A DNA stretch of 62,948 bases, counting the filler, from a candidate division TA06 bacterium SM23_40 (GTDB lineage: Bacteria; LJUI01; SM1-40), in the NCBI GenBank assembly GCA_001303705.1. It is 4 parts of 4 records of this genome, joined end to end, with 100 filler letters (N's around TTAATTAATTAA, not from the genome) between each part and the next. Parts side by side here need not be neighbours in the genome. Positions count along the whole stretch, not along the records: positions 41,892 to 62,948 come from LJUI01000049.1; 3 more parts are not named here. One strand, written 5' to 3'. Numbering within the stretch: position 1 is the stretch's first letter; each line of letters opens with the position of its first letter. Both the position numbers and the translations under genes were made by a program. Shown piece by piece: positions 47,122 through 57,972 of this stretch. The notes below the pieces were generated by a model that was given only the letters and a program-made list of their open reading frames with translations, was not told where the DNA came from and did no database searches.

Positions 47122-48405
47122 TCAACCCTTGCTCGCTCTTCTCTCGCCTACATCGACTGTTCCGCTGTAGACCTCAATCGCCCGCTCCAGTATCTGCATC
47201 GCGTCTGCCAGCGCCTCTTCCTGCAGAACGTAGGCGATTCTCACTTCATCCTTTCCCTTACCCTTCGTAGCATAGAACCCCTGAGCTGGAGCAAGCATCA
47301 CGGTCTTTCCATCGACGTTGAACTCCTCCAACAGCCAGCGAGAGAAATCTTCAGTATCGTTCACGGGCAATCGCGCGACCGTGTAGAATGCCCCCTCCGG
47401 CTTCCGACAAAACGCCCCCGGGAGCTTGTTCACTGCCTCATAGATGAGGTCGCGTCTTCTCTCCCATTCAGCAATCATCTCACTCATGAATCTGTCAATA
47501 GCGCGGTAACCGGCGACCGCCGCACGCTGTTCCACAGTGGGTGGACAGAGACGCGCCTGGCCAAATCTGAGAACGGTATCCATGACCTCCCGATTGCGGC
47601 TCAAAAGGTATCCGATACGAGCCCCACAGGCGCTGAAGCGCTTCGAGATGCTGTCGATTATGATGGTCTTCTCGTCCATGCCTTCCAAGTGCAGCATGCT
47701 TGCGTGCGCCTTTCCATCGTAGACAAATTCCCTGTACACCTCATCGCTGATGACGAACAGGTTCGATGCCTGAGCGATCCGCGCGATTCTCTCCAACTCC
47801 TCGCGAGTATAGACTGTGCCGGTCGGATTATTGGGAGAACAGATCAGGATCGCTTTCGTTTTCGATGTTACTCTGGATTCGATTTCCTCGGGCGGCGGAA
47901 GATGAAAACCCTCTTCAACCCTGGTCTCCACCGGTACGAGATTGATCCCGGACATGACGGCAAACCCGGCGTAGTTGGTGTAGAACGGCTCGGGAATCAC
48001 GATCTCATCTCCGGGGTCGCAGACCGCCAGCATCGCAAAGATCGCTGCTTCGCTGCCTCCCGTCGTGATCATGAGATCTTCCTGTCTGATGTTGACACCA
48101 CGCCCGGCGAAGTACTCGACCAAGACATCGTGGAACTCGGATATCCCGTCCGCCGGACCATACCTGAGCACGGGATCATCGTACCCCTTAATGGCATCGA
48201 CGATCTCCTGCGGCGTCAGGATATCCGGCTGTCCGATATTCAGATGGTAGATCGAGATCCCTCTGCGCTTGGCGGCATTGGCCAGCGGGACGAGTTTCCG
48301 TATAGGCGATGCCGGCATGATGACGCCCCGCTTCGCTATCGGGGGATGCTTCTCACGTGCGGCAATACCTATGCCTCGTTCGGTCCCTTCCCCGGCCCCA
48401 CTCAT
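47122..48405 (-). CDS. Class I/II PLP aminotransferase (aspartate aminotransferase-like)
   Basis: MPASPIRKL, LNIGQPD, SPNNPTG, SDEVY, SISKRFSACGARIG. Confidence 0.9.
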   Translation of the reverse strand: MSGAGEGTERGIGIAAREKHPPIAKRGVIMPASPIRKLVPLANAAKRRGISIYHLNIGQPDILTPQEIVDAIKGYDDPVLRYGPADGISEFHDVLVEYFAGRGVNIRQEDLMITTGGSEAAIFAMLAVCDPGDEIVIPEPFYTNYAGFAVMSGINLVPVETRVEEGFHLPPPEEIESRVTSKTKAILICSPNNPTGTVYTREELERIARIAQASNLFVISDEVYREFVYDGKAHASMLHLEGMDEKTIIIDSISKRFSACGARIGYLLSRNREVMDTVLRFGQARLCPPTVEQRAAVAGYRAIDRFMSEMIAEWERRRDLIYEAVNKLPGAFCRKPEGAFYTVARLPVNDTEDFSRWLLEEFNVDGKTVMLAPAQGFYATKGKGKDEVRIAYVLQEEALADAMQILERAIEVYSGTVDVGERRASKG

Positions 48406-49700
48406 CCTTGTACCTCCTTCAGCGATAACTCCACAGTATCGAGCGGACCGACCACTCCTGCCGACAGGTTTTCCGCTCCGAGTGCGTGCCCCGCGACGCG
48501 CATCACGTCCGCCTCGGTTACCGCATCGATTGCCCCAATTGTCTCATCGAGGGTGATGTGCGTGCCGAGGAAGATCTGGGTCTCGGCCAATCTCATCATT
48601 CTCGCCGAGGTGCCCTCGAGCGCAAGCATCAACCCGCCCTTGAGCTGAGATTTGGCGTGCTCAAGCTCCTGCTGCCGCAGCCCTTCCTCCAAAAGATGGC
48701 GGCATTCCTCTGCGACGACGTGCATCGCCTCCCTCGCCTGCGCAGGATCCGTCGCCAGATAGATGCCAAACTGCCCCGTGTCCCTGTTCAGATGGAAGAA
48801 AGTATAGATGGTATAGACCAGACCTCTCTGTTCCCTTACTCGCTGAAAGAGCCGCGAACTCATGCCCTCGCCCACTATGGCGTTGAGAATCATCAACGGG
48901 TACCGATCCGGGTGCGCGTATCCTCTGGTGCGTGCACCCAGGCACATGTGGATCTGGGAGATCTCGCGACACGCGCTCTCCATGCGAGGAGTGCTGGCGG
49001 GCGGAGGCGGACCATCTGAACTCACCCGTGAAGGAAAGAACTTGAATGACCTGGAGGCGAGATCGACGAGATGATCGTGATCGAGGTGGCCGCTGGCAGC
49101 GATTACTATATCGTCATCCGTGTACCGGTGCCGCCAACTCCTGTATACATCTTCACGGCTGATTGAGGCGACGCTATCCAGCGTCCCCATGATAGGAATA
49201 GCCAGGGGGTGGCCATCGAAGAGTGCCTTTGAGAGGAGATAGTGGGCGTACTTATCCGGTGAATCCTCGAATCTCTTGATCTCTTCCGCCACGACCTTCT
49301 TCTCTCTCGCAAGTTCCTCCTCATCGATGATCGAATTGGCCAGTATGTCCGCCAGTACCTCGATAGCCACGGACAGATGCTCGTCGAGGAACTTCGCATA
49401 GTAGCATGTGAGCTCCTCAGAAGTGAAAGCACTCAAGTACCCGCCGAGGGACTCGAGCGCCAGGGCAATCTCCCGCGCACCTCGCGTGGGTGTCCCCTTG
49501 AACAGCATGTGCTCGATCATGTGTGTGATGCCAGCCTGTGCCTCACTCTCATCACGCGATCCAGTCCGCACCCACACTCCGAGCGATATCGAGCGCACGT
49601 GGTCCATCCGCTCGCTGATGATTGTCGCGCCATCAGCCAACGTCGATCTTCTACATAATGTTGTATCAGACAAGAGACTTCCAGCCGGCTGCTCGATCAT
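48402..49700 (-). CDS. M16 family zinc peptidase
   Basis: HMIEHMLFKGT (HxxEH), GMSSRLFQRVRE. Usual position after pnp. Confidence 0.9.
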   Translation of the reverse strand: MIEQPAGSLLSDTTLCRRSTLADGATIISERMDHVRSISLGVWVRTGSRDESEAQAGITHMIEHMLFKGTPTRGAREIALALESLGGYLSAFTSEELTCYYAKFLDEHLSVAIEVLADILANSIIDEEELAREKKVVAEEIKRFEDSPDKYAHYLLSKALFDGHPLAIPIMGTLDSVASISREDVYRSWRHRYTDDDIVIAASGHLDHDHLVDLASRSFKFFPSRVSSDGPPPPASTPRMESACREISQIHMCLGARTRGYAHPDRYPLMILNAIVGEGMSSRLFQRVREQRGLVYTIYTFFHLNRDTGQFGIYLATDPAQAREAMHVVAEECRHLLEEGLRQQELEHAKSQLKGGLMLALEGTSARMMRLAETQIFLGTHITLDETIGAIDAVTEADVMRVAGHALGAENLSAGVVGPLDTVELSLKEVQG

Positions 49701-51811
49701 CTTTCACCGCCCTTGCCGGAGCGGTCCTCCTTGCCGCGATCCAGGACAGCCTTACGCGAGAGTTTGACCTTGCCGTTCTCGTCGATGCCGATCACCTTGA
49801 CGACGACTTCGTCGCCCTCCTTCAGCACATCCTCGACCTTGGCCACACGGTGATGGGCCAGTTGAGAGATATGAACCAGGCCGTCCTGTCCGGGCAGGAT
49901 CTCGACGAACGCTCCGAAGGAGGTGATCTTCTTCACCTTGCCGGTGTAGACCTTTCCGACCTCTGCCTCCTCGGTCACTTCGCGAACCATCTGCAGAGCC
50001 CGCTCTCCGGCCTCCTGGTCGACCGATGCGATCACGACTGTACCATCGTCCTCGACTTCGATCTTCGTGTTCGTCAACTCGATGATCTTGCGGATCATCT
50101 TCCCTCCGGGTCCGATCAGATCGCCTATTTTATCCTTAGAGATAGTAAGCATGATGATTCTCGGCGCATAGGGAGAGAGTTCCGGTCGAGGTTTGGCAAT
50201 CGTCTGTTCCATGACGTCGAGCACGTGCAGACGGCCTGCCTTCGCCTGCTCGAGGGCACGTCGCATTGTCTCCGTCTCCAGCCCGGGAACTTTCAGATCG
50301 AGCTGGAGTGCAGTGACTCCTTCTCTCGTGCCGGCCACCTTGAGATCCATATCGCCCAGATGATCCTCAACGCCGAGGATATCGGAGAGGATGAGCCTCC
50401 GATCGCCTTCCTTTATCATGCCCATGGCGATACCGCTCACGAGAGCCTTGACGGGAACGCCCGCGTCCATTAGAGAGAGGGCGGCTCCGCACACAGTCGC
50501 CATTGACGATGACCCGTTAGACTCGAGAATGTCGGAGACAATTCGGATGGTGTAGGGGAAGGCCTCTTCCTTGGGAATGACCGATTCGATCGCTCGTTCC
50601 GCCAGGGCACCGTGCCCCACCTCTCGCCGGCTCGGGCCTCGAAACGGACGCACCTCGCCGACGCTGAACGGCGGGAAGTTGTAGTGCAGCATGTAGCTCT
50701 TCGACGTCTCACCTTCAAGGTCATCGACAACCTGCTCGTCGCTGGCTGTGCCGAGCGTCGTCACAGCTAGACTCTGTGTCTGTCCGCGTGTGAACAGAGC
50801 CGATCCGTGCGTCCGCGGCAACACCCCGACCTCGCAGCTGATGGGCCGGATGTCGGTGAGTCCCCTTCCATCTGTCCTGCGTTCTTCGCGGAGGATCTTG
50901 CCCCGGACGTCCTCCTGCTCCAGCTCGAGGAAAATACTGCCGATGATGCGCTCCTGATCGGGGTACTGATCCGCGAGCGATGCCAGGACCGATTCGAGGA
51001 GTGCATCGATCGTACCTTGCCTCTGCTCCTTCGTCGTCAATGCATTCGCCTGATGTATGCCGTCCCAGGCAAGTTCTCGTACCTTCCGGGCAAGTTCCGG
51101 GTCAATCTCAAGGGGCGGCACCTCCCACTTCACGGGCGCGATGCTGTCGACGAACTCCCGTTGCAGCTGGATAATCCGCCTGATTTCCTCGTGCGCGATC
51201 TCAACCGCCCTGAGCAGCGCTTCCTCCGGCACTTCGCGCGCGCTCCCCTCAAGCATGATGACCGATTCCTCTGATCCTACGACGACGAGGTTGAGCGCAC
51301 TCCCCTCGACCTGAGTGAACGTCGGATTGATTATGTATCGGCCATCGATTAGACCCATGCGCACGGCACCGATGGGATCGGTGAAGGGAATCGTCGACGC
51401 CGCGAGCGCGGCACTTGCACCGATCACCCCGAGTATGTCAGCGTCATTCTCCTGGTCGGCTGATAGGACGAGACAGACTATCTGAATCTCGCGCCGGAGA
51501 TGTTGTGGGAAGAGCGGACGGATCGGCCTGTCTATCATCCTCGCACTCAGTATCTCCTTCTCGCGAGGGCGCCCCTCTCGCTTGAAGAAGCCGCCGGGGA
51601 TCTTCCCGGCAGCGTAGGTCTTCTCCCGATATTCCACGAACAGTGGGAGCCAGTCACGTGTCTCATCTGCCTGCTTCGATGCGACGGCAGTCACAAGGAC
51701 AACGGTGTCTCCATATCGAACGACGGCGGAACCATCCGCCTGCCTCGCCACCCGCCCCATATCGATGGCGAGCGTGCGCCCCGCAACTTCAATGTCAAAA
51801 TGCATAGCCAT
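49697..51811 (-). CDS. pnp: Polyribonucleotide nucleotidyltransferase
   Basis: GKIPGGFFKREGRP, HGSALFTRGQTQ, SNGSSSMA, DHLGDMD, KH and S1 domains. Confidence 0.97.
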   Translation of the reverse strand: MAMHFDIEVAGRTLAIDMGRVARQADGSAVVRYGDTVVLVTAVASKQADETRDWLPLFVEYREKTYAAGKIPGGFFKREGRPREKEILSARMIDRPIRPLFPQHLRREIQIVCLVLSADQENDADILGVIGASAALAASTIPFTDPIGAVRMGLIDGRYIINPTFTQVEGSALNLVVVGSEESVIMLEGSAREVPEEALLRAVEIAHEEIRRIIQLQREFVDSIAPVKWEVPPLEIDPELARKVRELAWDGIHQANALTTKEQRQGTIDALLESVLASLADQYPDQERIIGSIFLELEQEDVRGKILREERRTDGRGLTDIRPISCEVGVLPRTHGSALFTRGQTQSLAVTTLGTASDEQVVDDLEGETSKSYMLHYNFPPFSVGEVRPFRGPSRREVGHGALAERAIESVIPKEEAFPYTIRIVSDILESNGSSSMATVCGAALSLMDAGVPVKALVSGIAMGMIKEGDRRLILSDILGVEDHLGDMDLKVAGTREGVTALQLDLKVPGLETETMRRALEQAKAGRLHVLDVMEQTIAKPRPELSPYAPRIIMLTISKDKIGDLIGPGGKMIRKIIELTNTKIEVEDDGTVVIASVDQEAGERALQMVREVTEEAEVGKVYTGKVKKITSFGAFVEILPGQDGLVHISQLAHHRVAKVEDVLKEGDEVVVKVIGIDENGKVKLSRKAVLDRGKEDRSGKGGER

Positions 51812-51887
51812 ATCAGACATCTCCTGACAACGGCTGGTCACTGCCGAGCGTCCATCGCGATACCGAGTCGCGCTCTGCTGGCGGCGA

Positions 51888-52157
51888 TCACCGTCTGAGC
51901 TTCAACTCTTTGATTACCGCTCGATAGCGCTCGACCTCGGTCTCCATGAGATAGTTGAGCAGACGTCTCCGTTTTCCGACGAGCTTCAACAGACCTCGAC
52001 GCGAGTGCCGATCCTTCTTCTGTCGCTGCAGGTGTTGGGTCAGGTACTTGATTCGCTCAGTGAGGAGCGCAATCTGTACTTCCGGTGATCCAGAGTCATT
52101 CTCGTGGATCCGGAATCGCCCGATCAACTCCTGTTTCTTCTCCTTCCCCATGGCCAC
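51888..52157 (-). CDS. rpsO: 30S ribosomal protein S15
   Basis: [32 protein letters not shown]. Confidence 0.97.
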   Translation of the reverse strand: MAMGKEKKQELIGRFRIHENDSGSPEVQIALLTERIKYLTQHLQRQKKDRHSRRGLLKLVGKRRRLLNYLMETEVERYRAVIKELKLRR

Positions 52158-52164
52158 GATCGAT

Positions 52165-53130
52165 TCACCCCCTCAGCTGGTGGCAACAGCCTTGCCTGTC
52201 TACTCTATCGAAGAGCCTGCGAACTTCGAGTTCATCACGCGAAATCTGCATGCGAAGATCTTCCTTCCGATCAAAAGCCTTTTCATCCCTCAGGCGATCC
52301 AGGCACTGGACTTCCATGGTCAGATCGTAGATATCACCGACGAAATCGAGAAGATGCACCTCAACGGTCCTCGACCCACTGCCGAACGTTGGCCTCGTGC
52401 CGATATTCATCATCCCGCGGAAGGTCCCGCCATCTATGCGAGCGAGCACTGCATAGACGCCGTCGGGCGGGAGCAGCACAGAGGGCGATTTCACCTCGAG
52501 ATTTGCCGTCGGATAGTCGAGCGTGCGGCCCCTGCTCTCGCCCCGAAGGACGTGGCCGCGGAACGAGTACCATCTGCCCAGCATGCGAGCGGCCTCCCGC
52601 AGCTTGGCGGCCAGAATAGCTCGCCTGATTCGCGTGCTCGATATCGGACGTCCTCTCCAGCGCACGGGAGGCACGGCGACAACCGAAAATCCGAACTGTC
52701 GGCCCAGGCGCGCCAGCGTATGACGGTCGCCGCGTCTCCCCCGGCCGAAGCGATGATCCTCCCCGACTACCACTTCCCGCCCCGAAAATGTGCCCACCAG
52801 AATGTCCCGCACAAACGCTTCCGGCTCCATGGCAGCCAGGATCTCATCGAACGGCAGCACCGCCATCGCGGATATACCGAACTCCCTGACTAGGTCTGCT
52901 CTCTCCTCCGTTGTGGTCAACAGCAGGGGCGCAGTGGCAGGAGTAAGGAGGGCCTGAGGATGAGGCGCAAACGTTATCATGACGCAGGGCACCGAGAGGG
53001 TTTTCGCCCGCTCGCACGTCCGCTCGATGATCGCCTGGTGCCCCCTATGAATGCCGTCAAATGTCCCTACTGTCAATACCGATCCGACGACATCCTCATC
53101 GACGGCAGCGATACCCTGGACGATTTTCAT
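52165..53130 (-). CDS. ribF: Bifunctional riboflavin kinase/FAD synthetase
   Basis: [31 protein letters not shown]. Confidence 0.95.
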   Translation of the reverse strand: MKIVQGIAAVDEDVVGSVLTVGTFDGIHRGHQAIIERTCERAKTLSVPCVMITFAPHPQALLTPATAPLLLTTTEERADLVREFGISAMAVLPFDEILAAMEPEAFVRDILVGTFSGREVVVGEDHRFGRGRRGDRHTLARLGRQFGFSVVAVPPVRWRGRPISSTRIRRAILAAKLREAARMLGRWYSFRGHVLRGESRGRTLDYPTANLEVKSPSVLLPPDGVYAVLARIDGGTFRGMMNIGTRPTFGSGSRTVEVHLLDFVGDIYDLTMEVQCLDRLRDEKAFDRKEDLRMQISRDELEVRRLFDRVDRQGCCHQLRG

Positions 53131-54092
53131 GTGCATTCCTGTGTGTCGATGAGCAGTCGTAGAGGCTGCAGCTCAAGCCCTTCCGGTCCCTCGTCTGCTT
53201 GCTCCATGATATCCGCGTGAGCGGAGACCGCCTCTGCGATGGAGACGAGCTTCCCTGCGGGACTGAAGAGACGCACGCGATCTCCCCGGACAAGCGGTCT
53301 CGAAACGGATCTCAGGTCATGGGAAGAGATCGCCGCCCCGTGCCCCACCCTGACTTGAGCTTCATCACTGATCATCGCCTTGGGCCAATCCGGCAACAGA
53401 TCCTCAAGTGGGAGCAGGCGCCGAGATAGCTCCTCGCCTGTGGTCCCCTCCTCCGCCTCAATCGCCTCTCGCAGTTCGAACCCCCCCACCCGTATCCGCA
53501 CAAGATCGACCAGACACCCGCCGCACCCCAACGTCTCTCCGATATCCCGCGCGAGAGCTCTGATGTAAGTACCCTTCGAACAGACGACTCGCAGTCCAAT
53601 GAATGGACTCTCGTATGAACGAAGCTCCAACTCGTGGATCGTTACGTCTCGCGGAACCCGCTCGAAGACGGCTCCCTCCCGCGCGAGACGGTACCATCGA
53701 CGGCCTCCCTGTTTGAGAGCAGAGACCGCCGGGGGAACCTGGCGTATGGTACCCCGGAATGAAGTAAGAGTCTCCTCGATATCGGCTTCCGAAAGGGGAG
53801 GCGGCGCCTGCTCGGCGACCACATCTCCTGTTGCATCATCTGTGTCGGTCCTGATCCCGAGGCGGACTCTCGCCAGGTACTCCTTCTCATCGAGCATCAG
53901 ATACTGAGAGAGCTTCGTCGCCTGGCCGACGAGAAGAACCAGCAGACCCGTGGCATCGGGATCGAGAGTCCCCGCATGGCCGACCTTCACGTTGTCAAGG
54001 CGCCTTCGTGCCCAGGAGACAACATCGAATGATGTCCATCCGCGAGGCTTGTTGGCGAGCACAATGCCATTGCGACAGCCGGCGCGGCTCAT
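53127..54092 (-). CDS. truB: tRNA pseudouridine(55) synthase
   Basis: KVGHAGTLDPDATG, CSKGTYIRAL. Confidence 0.95.
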   Translation of the reverse strand: MSRAGCRNGIVLANKPRGWTSFDVVSWARRRLDNVKVGHAGTLDPDATGLLVLLVGQATKLSQYLMLDEKEYLARVRLGIRTDTDDATGDVVAEQAPPPLSEADIEETLTSFRGTIRQVPPAVSALKQGGRRWYRLAREGAVFERVPRDVTIHELELRSYESPFIGLRVVCSKGTYIRALARDIGETLGCGGCLVDLVRIRVGGFELREAIEAEEGTTGEELSRRLLPLEDLLPDWPKAMISDEAQVRVGHGAAISSHDLRSVSRPLVRGDRVRLFSPAGKLVSIAEAVSAHADIMEQADEGPEGLELQPLRLLIDTQECT

Positions 54093-55060
54093 ACGAACTC
54101 CAGCTCTCTGATCCTCGAGAGTACCAGCCCTCTTACCTCGTCGAGACTGCCGTCCAGCACGCAGCCCGCGGCGGTGCTATGCCCACCTCCGCCCAGGGAG
54201 CGAGCAATTGCACCCACGTCGACCTCGGGCGTCGAGCGGAAACTCACCCGAATGCGGCCATTCTCGAGCTCGCGGAGGAGCACGCCCACCTCGGTCCCAC
54301 GTGTACTGAGAGCCCATGTCGCATATCCATTGCTCTCATCCATCGTGGCACCGGATGAGTCGAAGCTGCCCCGGGTGAGCTCGAGAACGCCGATCCGTCC
54401 ATCATCGCTCTCCCTGAATGTCCGTAACATCTCCCCCAGCAGACGAACAGCCCCGACGGAACGACTATAGTAGATCCCGGTAGCGACTCGCTCGGGATCC
54501 GCCCCCTCATCTACCAGATCTGCGACGACCCGGAACACCCTGCTGGTAGTGTTGGGATGGCGAAACGAACCCGTATCGCCCAGTATCCCAGCGTACAGAC
54601 ATGTGGCGCGTTCCCGGCCGATCTCCAGACCCAGAGCCGAGATCAACCCGACGAGCATCTCTGCCGTCGAACTCACGTGCGGCTGAACGAGATTGAGGCG
54701 ACCGAATGAGACGTTATCCGCATGATGATCGATATTGACGATGGGAAGCGCACGCTCCCGTACAACATCGCCGACCCACCCCAGCCGATCGAGATCAGAG
54801 GCATCGAGCACGAGGGCCACGCGGATGCCCGCCTCCGCAGGAAGATCGCAGCGGAGGCCCTCGGAGCCCGGCAGAAACTCCAGCCACCTCGGGATGGGGT
54901 CCTCATTGACTATCACAGACTCCTTGCCCAGGGAGGAGAGGGCAGATGCTATCGCAAGTTGGGATGCGATACTGTCGATGTCAGGGTTCACATGAGAAGT
55001 GATCAGAAAACCATTCTCTGCTCTCACGTACTCTGCTACCGCATCAACCTCAGGATGCAC
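54089..55060 (-). CDS. nrnA: DHH/DHHA1 phosphoesterase (nanoRNase/pAp phosphatase)
   Basis: HVNPDID, NIDHH, DTGSF, GGGHSTAAG. Confidence 0.88.
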   Translation of the reverse strand: MHPEVDAVAEYVRAENGFLITSHVNPDIDSIASQLAIASALSSLGKESVIVNEDPIPRWLEFLPGSEGLRCDLPAEAGIRVALVLDASDLDRLGWVGDVVRERALPIVNIDHHADNVSFGRLNLVQPHVSSTAEMLVGLISALGLEIGRERATCLYAGILGDTGSFRHPNTTSRVFRVVADLVDEGADPERVATGIYYSRSVGAVRLLGEMLRTFRESDDGRIGVLELTRGSFDSSGATMDESNGYATWALSTRGTEVGVLLRELENGRIRVSFRSTPEVDVGAIARSLGGGGHSTAAGCVLDGSLDEVRGLVLSRIRELEFV

Positions 55061-55409
55061 CGTCTTCTCCTCTAATTCCCTCCAGGAGCCGATCGATACG
55101 GCGACCCGCATCCGCAGTATCGTCATATGCGAACTTCAGCTGCGGGATGTACTTGAGGCGGACCCGTCGTCCCAGCAGTTGCCGGATGTGCTTGCTGGCG
55201 TGCTGCAGGGCCTGCAGCGACTTTTCCCTCGCCTCCTCATCGCCCAGCATCGTCACCAAGACCCTCGCCTGTTTCAGATCGTCGGTGACGCGTACGGCAG
55301 TAACGGTGACAAACCCGATCCTCGGATCCTTCAAGTCGTGTTCGATGATGGTCGATACTTCGCACCGCAGAAGGTCGGCGACACGCTCGGAACGCTTATA
55401 CCGTAACAC
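55050..55409 (-). CDS. rbfA: Ribosome-binding factor A
   Basis: LKDPRIGFVTVT, YIPQLKFAYD. Operon context. Confidence 0.95.
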   Translation of the reverse strand: MLRYKRSERVADLLRCEVSTIIEHDLKDPRIGFVTVTAVRVTDDLKQARVLVTMLGDEEAREKSLQALQHASKHIRQLLGRRVRLKYIPQLKFAYDDTADAGRRIDRLLEGIRGEDGAS

Positions 55410-55436
55410 AGTCGCTCCACCCCTTATGCTGTCTCG

Positions 55437-55718
55437 TCACAGAATATCGATGTGATAGTCGACCAGTTCAACCCTCCGCTCCTCATTGACCAGATCGATC
55501 GATTTCGACAGCACCTCGTTGGCGAACCGACCATTCTCAGCAACGACGGCGATCCCGAGCACTGCACTCTGCCAGAGATCGTTGTGATCGACTTCCGCAA
55601 CCGAGATGTTGAACTTCTTGCGGAGCCGCTCCTTCAGGGCCTTTATCACCTGACGTTTGTTCTTGAGCGATCGACACTCCGGCAGATGCAGCTCGACGAT
55701 GCATGTGCCAACTCTCAT
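55437..55718 (-). CDS. DUF503 (YlxP) family protein
   Basis: SLKNKRQVI, FNISVAEVDHNDLWQ. Lies between infB and rbfA. Confidence 0.9.
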   Translation of the reverse strand: MRVGTCIVELHLPECRSLKNKRQVIKALKERLRKKFNISVAEVDHNDLWQSAVLGIAVVAENGRFANEVLSKSIDLVNEERRVELVDYHIDIL

Positions 55719-55727
55719 GGCGCACGC

Positions 55728-57899
55728 CTACCCCCTGCTCGTCACTTCCTCAAGTGTGTACGCTTCGACGATGTCTTCCTTGACGAATCCGTCAAATCCT
55801 TCTACCCCTATGCCACATTCGAATCCGGTCGCCACCTCTTTCACATCGTCTTTGAAGCGCCTGAGCGAACCGATACGGCTCTCGTGGACCACCGTGGATT
55901 CCCGAATTACTCTCGCCCTGGCGTTGCGCACCACCGTACCCGAGATGACGTAACAACCGGCAATCTTCCCGATCCTCGGTATCTGAAAGATCTCTCTCAC
56001 CTCAGCTCTGCCAAGCACCTGCTCTACCAGCTTCGGCTCCAGCATGCCGGAGAGGGCCGCCTCGATGTCTCCGATCGCCTCGTAGATCACATCGTATAGC
56101 TGCACGTTGACCTGCTCACGCTCAGCCGCCTCCTTGGCTCCGGCGCCGATGCCGACGTGGAATCCGACGATCAATGCCTGTGAGGCGACGGCCAACAGCA
56201 CATCGGACTCATTGATCGCTCCCACACCCCGGTGAATCACCCGCACCTTCACCTCTTCCGTCGCGAGCGATTCAAGCGAGTCGCAGAGCGCCTCGACAGA
56301 GCCATCGACGTCTCCCTTCACGATGAGCATCAGCTCCTTCGTCTCGCCGGCAAGGATCTGTTCCTGAAGCTCGGCCAGTCCGATACGTTCGACGATCCTT
56401 CGGCTCTGCTCTCGCCTCGCAAGCTGACGACGCTGACTCACCTCCCTCACCTCGCGCTCGTTCGGCATCACGCTGAGGCTGTCGCCGGCCTGAGGGATTC
56501 CCGAGAGACCGTGAATGAGGACGGGAGTAGATGGGCCCGCTGCCATGACCCGGCGACCCCGTTCGTCCGCCATGGCCCGTACCTTTCCCCAGTGCACTCC
56601 CGCGATGAACGGATCTCCCGGCCGCAACGTACCCCTCTCGACGAGTACCGTCGCGACGACCCCCTTCCAGCGATCCAGCCGCGCCTCCAGGACCACGCCA
56701 CGAGCCGGGCCGGCGGCGACAGCCCGGAGCCCCAGCTCCTCTGCCTCGACCAGGATGGCGGCAAGCAGATCGGGGATCCCCTCGCCGGTCTTGGCCGAGA
56801 CCTCGATCGCTACGGTCTTGCCCCCCCACTCCTCCGGGACGATGCCGGCCTCCATAAGCTGCTGTTTCGTGCGCATCGCATCGGCATTCGGCAGATCGAT
56901 CTTGTTGATTGCGACCACGATGGGGACTCTCGCTGCCCTTGCGTGGTTAAGCGCCTCGATCGTCTGGGGCATGACCCCATCATCAGCAGCGACGACGAGC
57001 ACAACGAGATCAGTGAACTGCGCGCCGCGCGCCCGCATCGCTGTGAAGGCCTCGTGTCCAGGGGTGTCGAGGAAGGTGATCTTTCCGGACTCGAGCTCAA
57101 CCTCATAGGCACCAATGTGCTGAGTGATCCCGCCGGCCTCGCCGGCGACAACGTTCGTGCGGCGGATATAATCGAGGAGCAAGGTCTTGCCGTGATCGAC
57201 GTGACCCATCACCGTGACCACGGGGGGGCGCGCCACGAGATCGGCCTCCTCGTCCTTTTCCACTTCCAGTAGCTCAGCGCCCTGGTCTCCCAGTATCTCC
57301 ACCTCGAACCCGAATTCGTCACCGACCGTGACGATCGTGTCCATGTCCAAACGCTGGTTAATTGTGACGAGAAGGCCGAGCTCGAGACATTTTGAGATCA
57401 CATCGGTAGGAGATACACCTATCGCCGTTGCCAACTCGGCGGTGGAGATAAACTCACTCACCTTGAGAACATTCTCCTCGACTGTCACCGCCTCGGTGGG
57501 CCGTGTCCTGCGGCGGCGCTTGCGCACCCGGTCACGGCCCTCGATCCTCGCGAGTGTGCGCTTTACGCTCTCGCGCACTTTCTTCTCATCGACCTTGCGT
57601 TTCTTGACACGGACCCGCCTCGGCTTTGCCTTCTTCGGGGCCTCACGCTTCTTCTCCGGCTCCCTCTTTTTGCGCTCGACCTTCCTTCTCTTCTCGGCCC
57701 GCTTACGCTTCTTCTCGTATTCTCTCCTGACCTGAGCCTTCTCTTCCTCGAACTTCTTCCGGACCCGGGCGACAGTCTCATCGTCGATCGTGGACATGTG
57801 GCTCTTCACAGCCACGCCCAACTCACGCAATACGCCGATGAGCGCCTCGCTCGAGAGATTGAACTGCTTGGCAACGGTATAGACTCGCTGTTTACTCAA
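55728..57899 (-). CDS. infB: Translation initiation factor IF-2
   Basis: MGHVDHGKT, GGITQHIGAY, DTPGHEAF, INKID. TTG start. Confidence 0.97.
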   Translation of the reverse strand: MSKQRVYTVAKQFNLSSEALIGVLRELGVAVKSHMSTIDDETVARVRKKFEEEKAQVRREYEKKRKRAEKRRKVERKKREPEKKREAPKKAKPRRVRVKKRKVDEKKVRESVKRTLARIEGRDRVRKRRRRTRPTEAVTVEENVLKVSEFISTAELATAIGVSPTDVISKCLELGLLVTINQRLDMDTIVTVGDEFGFEVEILGDQGAELLEVEKDEEADLVARPPVVTVMGHVDHGKTLLLDYIRRTNVVAGEAGGITQHIGAYEVELESGKITFLDTPGHEAFTAMRARGAQFTDLVVLVVAADDGVMPQTIEALNHARAARVPIVVAINKIDLPNADAMRTKQQLMEAGIVPEEWGGKTVAIEVSAKTGEGIPDLLAAILVEAEELGLRAVAAGPARGVVLEARLDRWKGVVATVLVERGTLRPGDPFIAGVHWGKVRAMADERGRRVMAAGPSTPVLIHGLSGIPQAGDSLSVMPNEREVREVSQRRQLARREQSRRIVERIGLAELQEQILAGETKELMLIVKGDVDGSVEALCDSLESLATEEVKVRVIHRGVGAINESDVLLAVASQALIVGFHVGIGAGAKEAAEREQVNVQLYDVIYEAIGDIEAALSGMLEPKLVEQVLGRAEVREIFQIPRIGKIAGCYVISGTVVRNARARVIRESTVVHESRIGSLRRFKDDVKEVATGFECGIGVEGFDGFVKEDIVEAYTLEEVTSRG

Positions 57900-57972
57900 C
57901 TAACTCACCCCCACAAGGGCGGTCGCATCCGGATACGTGAGACGACCGAGTCTGACCTCCATCGTGGATATA

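Noticed and set aside
46993-48648. 551-aa plus-strand ORF, and similar long ORFs at 36127-37329, 56232-57272 and 58894-60282
   Set aside because: Antisense shadows of clear housekeeping genes in high-GC DNA, with no recognisable motifs.
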